Positions 19,530 through 25,664 of a stretch of 25,664 nucleotides of DNA are shown here, piece after piece. The stretch is taken from assembly GCA_046726415.1 (NCBI GenBank), contig JBKPAK010000277.1, forward strand, positions 1 to 25,664, given 5' to 3'. The DNA comes from Candidatus Methylomirabilota bacterium (lineage in GTDB: Bacteria > Methylomirabilota > Methylomirabilia > Rokubacteriales > CSP1-6). Under the pieces are notes generated by a model. That model ran no database searches, was not told where the DNA came from, and saw only the letters and a program-made list of their open reading frames with translations. Both the position numbers and the translations under genes were made by a program. Positions within the stretch are counted from its first letter, which is position 1; each line of letters starts with the position of its first letter.

Positions 19530-22500
19530 ATGGCGTTGGCAAAGACGACCGCCCCCACCTTGGCGGGCACGGTGCCGCGGGCCCGGCTCTTCCGCCGGCT
19601 CGATCAAGCCCGGCGACGGCCGGTCACCTGGGTGTGGGCGCCTCCGGGCGCCGGCAAGACGACCCTGGTGGCCAGCTATCTGGCCACGCGGCGGCTCGGC
19701 GGGCTCTGGTACCAGCTCGATGAGGGCGACGCCGACGTAGCGACGTTCTTCTACTATGTGGCTCTAGCCGCGCCCCGCCGCCGCCGTGCGCTGCCGCTCC
19801 TGACTGCCGAGTACCGTGCGGGCCTGCCCGTGTTCGCGCGGCGCTTCTTCCGGGAGCTCTACAGCCGGCTGAAGCTGCCCTTCACCGTCGTCTTCGACAA
19901 CTACCAGGACGTGCCGCCCGATGCCGCCCTCCACGACGTCATGGCGGACACGGTCGCCGAGATTCCGAAGGGCGGGCGGGTCGTCTTCATCAGCCGCAGC
20001 GCTCCGCCGCCGGCGTTCGCCCGCCACCGCATCCATCAGCATCTCGAGATCCTCGATTGGTCTCAGCTCCGGTTCACGCCGGCGGAGGCGGTGCAGCTGG
20101 CCCAGAAGCTGGCGCCGGGACGCTGGCCCCGCGCGACGATCCGCTCGCTGCACGACACCACCGACGGCTGGTGCGCCGGGCTCGTCCTGCTGCTCGATCA
20201 GCTCCGCTCGGAAGGCCGGGCGTCACCGGCGCCACGCGAGCCATCGTCGGAGGTCCTGTTCGACTACTTCGCGGGCGAGATCTTCAAGAAGGCCGCTCCC
20301 GCCGTCCAGGACGTGCTGCTTCACACCGCGTTCCTACCGCAGGTGACGCCGGCCATGGCTGTGGCGCTCACGGGCCAGCAGGCCGCCGGCGAGATTCTCA
20401 GCGCACTGCACGCGCAGAATTACTTCACCAACAAGCAGGCGAGCAGCGGCGAGCCCGTGTACGAGTACCACCCGCTCTTCCGCGACTTCCTGCGGTCACA
20501 GGCGCTGCGGGTCTACTCGCCCGCGGATCGCGCCAGGATCCGCCGGACGGCGGCGGGCCTCCTCGAGGCCGTGGGGCAGATCGAGGCGGCGGCCCGGCTG
20601 CTGCGCGACGCCGAGGCCTGGGACACGCTCGCGCAGTTGATCCATCGCTCTGCGCAGAGCCTGGTGGCTCAAGGCCGGGTGCAGACCTTGGCCGAGTGGC
20701 TGGACGGCATTCCCGCGGCGATCTTCGCCGAGCAGCCATGGCTGCTCTTCTGGCGAGGGTGGATAGCGCGGCGGCACGCCGACCGCCAGCTCTCCACTGA
20801 CTCCCGCTCGGTGGCCGCGCGCAGCCTCGAGCAGGCGTTCACCGCCTTCCGCCGCCAGGGCGACGCGACCGGGATGTTCCTGGCCTGGGCGGGCGTGATC
20901 TTCGGCCTCCTCATCGAGGGCGCCTTGGTCCCCATGGACCACTGGATCGCGCTGTTCGACGACATTACGCAGGACGCTCCGGCGTTTCCTTCGCAAGGGG
21001 TCGAGGCGCGCGTCGCCACGGCGATGCTCGTCGCGACCGCGCTCCGCCAGCCGTCCCATCCCCAGGCGGCGCGCTGGGCCGAGCGAGCCATCGAGCTGAC
21101 GCGGCGGCACCCCGACCCATTTGCTGGGACGATCGCCGCCATGATCTGGTTTCACCATCAGCTCCAGGCCGGTGATCTTGCCGAGGTGGCGGCGGTGGTC
21201 GATGAGATGCGGGCGGTGATGCGTATCCCCGACATCTCCCCGATCGAGGTGCTGAACGCCAGCATGGTGGTGGCCTGGTACGAGGCGGCCACCGCGCTGC
21301 CGTCGTATCGGCGCACGGTAGCCCAGGCGCTCGAGCTGGCGCAAACGACAGGCGCCTTTTACACGGCGAGACACGTCGCGCTCTGTGGCGGCCTGACCGG
21401 GGCCCTGAGCGACGGCGATCTCGAGCTGTCGGCGTCGTGGCTGCGCGAGCTGGAACGAGACGTCCACCGTCTCGGCCCGATGTTTCGCTTCTGGCACCAC
21501 TGGTTCATCGTGTGGGAAGCCCTGATCCGCCGCGACGTCGGGCGCGCCGCCACCTACCAGCCCGAGATGTTGCGACTGGCCCTCCTGGCGGGATGTGTAC
21601 TGGACGAGGCGCTCGCCCATCTCATCTCGGCCCAGGTGCTTCACGCGCGGGGCGAGGAGCGAGACGCGCGCGGGCATCTCGACCGGGGATTCGAAATCGG
21701 GCGTGCCATGGGCAGCGCCTACGTCGAGTTCGTAGCTCGTCTGACCCAGGCGCAGCTTTGCCTGGACGGCGGCCGCGAGGCCGACGGCCTGCAGGCTGTC
21801 GCCATTGCGCTGGCGCTCGGCCGGGAGCGGGGCTACGTGAACTCCCGGGTGTGGATTCCCGCGGTGATGGCGCGCCTGTGCGCCCGGGCGCTGGAGGCGG
21901 GCATCGAGGTGGATTACGTGCGCGGCCTCATCCAGAAGCGCGGGCTCGTGCCGGAGAGCCCGCCGGTGGAGGTGGAGGCGTGGCCGTGGCCGATCAAGAT
22001 CTTCACGCTCGGGCGGTTCGAGGTGTTGCGGGACGGCGAGCCGGTCCGGTTCGCCCGCAAGGTACAGCGCAAGCCACTGACCCTGCTGAAAGCCCTGATC
22101 GCCTTCGGTGGCCGAACCGTGCGCGAAGATCTGCTGATGGACGCGCTCTGGCCCGACGCCGAAGGCGATGCGGCGCGCGTGGCGCTGGCCAGCGCGCTGC
22201 ACCGGTTGCGTGGCCTCCTGGGCCGTGAGCAGGCCGTCTTCCGGCAGGAGGGGCAGCTGAGCCTGGATGCCCGTCTCTGCTGGGTGGACGTCTGGGCGGT
22301 GGAACGCCTGCTGGAACGCGCGGAGACCGCGGTCAATTCCCGGGAGCTCATACGGAAAGCCGCTGGCCTCTACCGGGGCGCGTTCCTCGACGAGCGGGAG
22401 GTCGAGCTGCCCCAGGCAACGGCGCTGGCCGAGGGCCTCCGTCGTCGCTTGCTCCGGCAGCTCGTGCGCGTCGCGCGGCAGTGCGAGCCGGCGAATCGGC

Positions 22501-22712
22501 AGGAGGGCGTGGACTGGTACGAAGAAGCGCTGCGCGTGGACCCGTGTGCCGAGGACGTTTGCCGGAGCCTCATGACGGCCTACCACCGGCTCGAGCGCTC
22601 CGCCGATGTCGTGGCGGTCTATCAGCGCTGTCGAACCGCCCTCGCCGCCCTCCGGGGCCTCGCCCCCTCCGCGGAAACTGAGGGGGTCTTCAAGGTTCTG
22701 TCAGCCCGCTAA
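19530..22712 (+). CDS. Large STAND-type transcriptional regulator (MalT-like NTPase + helical sensor + C-terminal SARP wHTH/BTAD)
   Basis: RARLFRRLD, Walker A APPGAGKTT, WYQLDEGD.D, VVFDNYQ, GWCAGL and YHPLFRDFL. The C-terminus has IFTLGRFEV, LWPDA, LHRLR.LLG, WVDV, LYRGAFL and DP.AE...LM. Confidence 0.9.
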   Translation: MALAKTTAPTLAGTVPRARLFRRLDQARRRPVTWVWAPPGAGKTTLVASYLATRRLGGLWYQLDEGDADVATFFYYVALAAPRRRRALPLLTAEYRAGLPVFARRFFRELYSRLKLPFTVVFDNYQDVPPDAALHDVMADTVAEIPKGGRVVFISRSAPPPAFARHRIHQHLEILDWSQLRFTPAEAVQLAQKLAPGRWPRATIRSLHDTTDGWCAGLVLLLDQLRSEGRASPAPREPSSEVLFDYFAGEIFKKAAPAVQDVLLHTAFLPQVTPAMAVALTGQQAAGEILSALHAQNYFTNKQASSGEPVYEYHPLFRDFLRSQALRVYSPADRARIRRTAAGLLEAVGQIEAAARLLRDAEAWDTLAQLIHRSAQSLVAQGRVQTLAEWLDGIPAAIFAEQPWLLFWRGWIARRHADRQLSTDSRSVAARSLEQAFTAFRRQGDATGMFLAWAGVIFGLLIEGALVPMDHWIALFDDITQDAPAFPSQGVEARVATAMLVATALRQPSHPQAARWAERAIELTRRHPDPFAGTIAAMIWFHHQLQAGDLAEVAAVVDEMRAVMRIPDISPIEVLNASMVVAWYEAATALPSYRRTVAQALELAQTTGAFYTARHVALCGGLTGALSDGDLELSASWLRELERDVHRLGPMFRFWHHWFIVWEALIRRDVGRAATYQPEMLRLALLAGCVLDEALAHLISAQVLHARGEERDARGHLDRGFEIGRAMGSAYVEFVARLTQAQLCLDGGREADGLQAVAIALALGRERGYVNSRVWIPAVMARLCARALEAGIEVDYVRGLIQKRGLVPESPPVEVEAWPWPIKIFTLGRFEVLRDGEPVRFARKVQRKPLTLLKALIAFGGRTVREDLLMDALWPDAEGDAARVALASALHRLRGLLGREQAVFRQEGQLSLDARLCWVDVWAVERLLERAETAVNSRELIRKAAGLYRGAFLDEREVELPQATALAEGLRRRLLRQLVRVARQCEPANRQEGVDWYEEALRVDPCAEDVCRSLMTAYHRLERSADVVAVYQRCRTALAALRGLAPSAETEGVFKVLSAR

Positions 22713-22860
22713 ATCTCCGAATTTCCCTGCGGGGGCGCCGTCACCCCCGCGATGTGCACCGCGGACGGAAAGGCTCGCCCCACCGGCTCCACCCTTCTCG
22801 AATCCGAACACGATCGGTCATCGCGTGGCGCTAGCGTGCACCACGTGAGACGACAACTGA

Positions 22861-23111
22861 CCGCCGCTCTGGCTGTACATCCTCAAGGAAGGCCACGTCA
22901 TGGAAGGTGGCGAGCATCTGGGGCTGGTCGGTGGCCGCATCGTCGGCGAGGTCATCATCGGGCTCCTGCACTCGACCGCGATTCCTATGTATGGGCTCAT
23001 CCGCGCTGGCGACCGCAACTGTCGACGCGGAGCGGCCGTGTGACCGGAGACTTCCGGACGATCGACTTCCTCACCGTTACCGGCGTCGATCCCACACGGC
23101 GTGGGCAGTGA
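22861..23111 (+). pseudogene. C-terminal remnant of a bacterial heme peroxidase (animal-peroxidase-like family)
   Basis: The frame from 22861 reads PPLWLYILKEGHVMEGGEHLGLVGGRIVGEVIIGLL. After a 1-nt deletion at about 22970 it continues LDRDSY...PRWRPQL......DFRTIDFL...GVDPTRRGQ*. This matches the TPLW.YILKEA...LGPVGGRIV.EV.IGLL..D..SY terminus of these peroxidases. Confidence 0.75.
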
Positions 23112-23305
23112 AGAGCAGATGCGTCCCCATTGGCGCGGTCCTCATCGCGGCCTACGCGCTCGCGCTGGGCGTCCTGCTGGGCATGGCCACCGAACGCCTC
23201 CGCTTCGATCACCAGCGGGCCGTCGTCCTCCGCGAGTACGAGGAAAAGACCGCCCGGGTGCGCCAGTGGCTCATGGAGCTGGAGGCCGCCCCCCGCAGGT
23301 GGTGA
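23108..23305 (+). CDS. Small single-TM hypothetical protein (65 aa)
   Basis: The GTG start overlaps the upstream stop (GTGA). A hydrophobic helix IGAVLIAAYALALGVLLGM is followed by an amphipathic helix ERLRFDHQRAVVLREYEE. Third positions are strongly GC-biased. Confidence 0.6.
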   Translation: MKSRCVPIGAVLIAAYALALGVLLGMATERLRFDHQRAVVLREYEEKTARVRQWLMELEAAPRRW

Positions 23306-23371
23306 CGCGAATCCGCCGACAACGGGGCCGCCCCGTGCGGAGCTGGCCCCTTGCCGTGAGGCCTCAGCGAA

Positions 23372-25030
23372 TCAGCTGTGCCAGCGAAACTGTTGTGGCT
23401 TGCGGGCGGACTCCTGGGAAATCAGGACGTTGACGAGTGCCGGGCCGCGAAAGTCCATCGCCTCCTGCAAGGCGGACTTCAGATCTTTCGGATTCTCGAT
23501 GAAGAAGCCCTTGCCGCCGAAGGCCTCCATCATCTTATCGTAGCGGGCGCCATAGATCAGCGCGTTCGGCCTCATGTTCTGGAGCGGGTTGTCCGGCGGT
23601 TCCGCGTGCCCCGGGCCGATGCCGCCATTGTTGAAGACGACGATCTTGACCGGCAGCTGATAGCGGCAGACCGTCTCTATCTCCATCCCGGAAAACCCGA
23701 TGGCCGAGTCGCCCGAGACCGAGATGATCGGCTTGTCGGGATGCACCACCGCGGCCGCGATGACGAAGCCCATGCCGATGCCCATCGTGCCGTAGCTGCC
23801 GGCATCGAGCCGGTGCCGCGGCTTCGCATTGAACAGCTGGGTGCGGCCGATATCCATCGTGCTGGCGCCCTCGCCGATGATGATCGCATCTTCCGGCGTC
23901 CAGGCGGCGACGTCCCTCAGCGCGCGGTAGTAGTTAGCCGGCGCCGCGTCGTCGGCGAGCTGGGGCGCGATCTGCTTGGCATTCGCCGCCGCTTTTTCGG
24001 CGATCGCGGCACGCCAGGGCATGTCCTTGGGATAGACCCACTCACGGTTGCCGAGGGCCTTGTTGAGCTGCCCGACGATCGCCTTGCCGTCGCCGACGAG
24101 GGCAACCTCGGTGGGTGCGTTCTGGCCGATCGTCTCCGGCGCGATGTCGAGCTGGATGATGCGCACGTCCTTGCTGAAGCGCGGGGGCAGGCCGAAATGC
24201 ATGATCCAGTTGAGCCGCGCGCCCATCAGGAAGACGACGTCGGCATTCTGTAGCGCGTGGCTGCGCGCGGCGCCCACCGAGAGCGGGTGGTTGTCGGGCA
24301 TCACCCCCTTGCCCATCGGCGAGGCGAGGAAGGGCAGCTGAGTGCGCTCGATGAAGGCGCGAACCTCGTCCTCGGCGCGCGAGTAGGCCATACCTTTGCC
24401 GACAATGACGAGTGGCCGCTCCGCCGACCGGAGCGCGTTCAACGCGTGCTCGACATCCTCCGGCATGGCCTGGGTGCGTGGCGGGTCTGGACAGCGCGCC
24501 GGCTCCTCCACCTTCACATCGTCGATCTTTGCCGTGATGATGTCGTCGGGCAGGTCGAGATAGGTCGCGCCGGGCCGGCCGTAGATCGAGTTCCTGACCG
24601 CCATCTCGACATAGAACGGGATACGGTGGACGTGCTCGACGGCGTGCGCGAACTTGCAGAACGGCGTCGCGATCAACACCTGGCGCTCTTCCTGGAACGC
24701 TCCCATGCCGTTGCGCCAGGACTCCGAAGCGCCGCCAAGGAGGATCATCGGCCAGCCATTCTGCTGCGCATTGGCGAGGCCGGCGAGGGCGTGGACCACG
24801 CCGGGACCCGACACGACCAGACAGGCGCCGGGGCGCCCGGTCAGATAGCCAACAGCCTGCGCGGCATACGAGGCGGACTGCTCGTTGCGCATCCCGACGT
24901 AGGTGATCCCTTCCTTCTGGGCGGCCGCGGCGATCGGGCCCACCGGGAACCCGACGATCCCGAACATGAACTTGACGCCCTGCCGTTTGAGGCTCCTCGC
25001 CACCAAGGTGGCGCCGTCGACTTCGCTCAT
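23372..25030 (-). CDS. ThDP-dependent 2-hydroxyacyl-CoA lyase / oxalyl-CoA decarboxylase family enzyme
   Basis: FGIVGFP, MRNEQSA, VSGPG, GAFQE, PMGKG, GARLNWIMHFG, DAGSYGTMGIG, ThDP motif GDSAIGFSGME...NNGG and C-terminal RKPQQF.W. RBS AGGAGG precedes ATG 25030. Confidence 0.93.
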   Translation of the reverse strand: MSEVDGATLVARSLKRQGVKFMFGIVGFPVGPIAAAAQKEGITYVGMRNEQSASYAAQAVGYLTGRPGACLVVSGPGVVHALAGLANAQQNGWPMILLGGASESWRNGMGAFQEERQVLIATPFCKFAHAVEHVHRIPFYVEMAVRNSIYGRPGATYLDLPDDIITAKIDDVKVEEPARCPDPPRTQAMPEDVEHALNALRSAERPLVIVGKGMAYSRAEDEVRAFIERTQLPFLASPMGKGVMPDNHPLSVGAARSHALQNADVVFLMGARLNWIMHFGLPPRFSKDVRIIQLDIAPETIGQNAPTEVALVGDGKAIVGQLNKALGNREWVYPKDMPWRAAIAEKAAANAKQIAPQLADDAAPANYYRALRDVAAWTPEDAIIIGEGASTMDIGRTQLFNAKPRHRLDAGSYGTMGIGMGFVIAAAVVHPDKPIISVSGDSAIGFSGMEIETVCRYQLPVKIVVFNNGGIGPGHAEPPDNPLQNMRPNALIYGARYDKMMEAFGGKGFFIENPKDLKSALQEAMDFRGPALVNVLISQESARKPQQFRWHS

Positions 25031-25205
25031 GAGTTCCCTCCTGTCAGAATGGGATCGTCGGCTGTACGACATTGCCCTCGATCTGGCTCTAGGCGGTCCA
25101 GCAGGGTGAGCTTGCCGTCCTTGAACTCGGCGACGGCGGAACGTCGGAATTCCAAAAGCCCTTTCGCAGCCGCCAACCTCTTCTCTTTCCCCCTGGGCCC
25201 GAGCT

Positions 25206-25234
25206 AAGATCGCGCCCCCGCGAGCCAGAGTCAA
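25206..25234 (-). promoter_or_regulatory. Possible sigma70-type promoter toward the ThDP lyase gene
   Basis: Minus strand TTGACT-N17-GATCTT. The -35 element is good and the -10 element is weak. Confidence 0.3.
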
Positions 25235-25264
25235 GCCCCGAAGGGGAGTGATCAGGAGCAGCGA

Positions 25265-25575
25265 TCACGCCGCGAACTGCCTCGGATCGACGGCGTGGCG
25301 CTTCAAGAGCTTGCCGAGGTCGCGCCGCTCCTTGCCCGCGGCCCGCGCCGCCTGGCTGACGTTGCCGCAGTACTGCTTCATGAGGCGGAAGAGGTACTGC
25401 CGTTCGAAGGCTTCCATCACCCGGGCCTTTTCGGTCTTGTACGGTCGCGACCATCAACCCCCATCGGCGCCGCCGCGAGGCCTGGCACCCCGGACAGGCC
25501 CAGATCCTCGGCCTCGATCGTCCCGTTCCTTGCCAGATGGGTGGCCCGGATGATCGCGCTCTCCAGCTCCCGCAC
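25265..25575 (-). pseudogene. C-terminal remnant of a sigma-54-dependent (NtrC/Fis-HTH) transcriptional activator
   Basis: The minus strand reads VRELESAIIRA.HLA....IEAEDL. After a frameshift near 25440-25462 it reads PYKTEKARVMEAFERQYLFRLM....GNVSQAARAAGKERRDLGKLLKRH (Fis HTH). An in-frame stop lies just upstream of VRELE. Confidence 0.8.
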
Positions 25576-25664
25576 GTGATCTCGCGGTCATGGCGACGTC
25601 GCTCCGCCTGGCCATAGCGACGGCATCAATGACGGCGCTGGCCTCGCCGGCCACTCGGCGGCCG

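Noticed and set aside
22729..22750. GCGGGGG-N8-CCCCCGC hairpin after the STAND regulator (similar short stems at 18066-18094 and 23322-23336)
   Set aside because: None has a U-tract, and short GC stems arise easily at this GC content, so I did not call them terminators.
25031..25234. N-terminal extension of the ThDP lyase to TTG 25234
   Set aside because: It is non-homologous sequence. The AGGAGG RBS supports ATG 25030.

Overview
High-GC bacterial chromosomal window, mostly coding. Gene content and style suggest a Rokubacteria/Methylomirabilota-like soil organism (inference only). From left to right: (1) 1-6963 (+), the tail of a surface-polysaccharide locus with a GT2 glycosyltransferase, a Wzm/Wzt ABC exporter, four methyltransferase-like genes and a truncated membrane protein. 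(2) 7158-9574 (+), a coupled PLP decarboxylase and LLM oxidoreductase. (3) A minus-strand run (16191 to about 9611): five-domain S1 protein, enolase-superfamily enzyme, Pseudomonas-type trehalose synthase (TreS) carrying a lipoprotein signal peptide, maltose-type MFS transporter, and a decayed malQ remnant missed by the ORF track. (4) leuA, a half LLM gene, a frameshifted esterase, a 1060-aa MalT/BTAD STAND regulator, a heme-peroxidase remnant and a small membrane protein (+). (5) A ThDP-dependent 2-hydroxyacyl-CoA lyase/oxalyl-CoA decarboxylase and a sigma-54 activator remnant (-). The best candidate for an undescribed system is lipoprotein TreS + MFS + (former) MalQ, which suggests extracytoplasmic trehalose-to-maltose conversion followed by uptake. 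I saw no rRNA, tRNA, CRISPR array or mobile element. All family calls come from motif recognition by eye, not from database searches.
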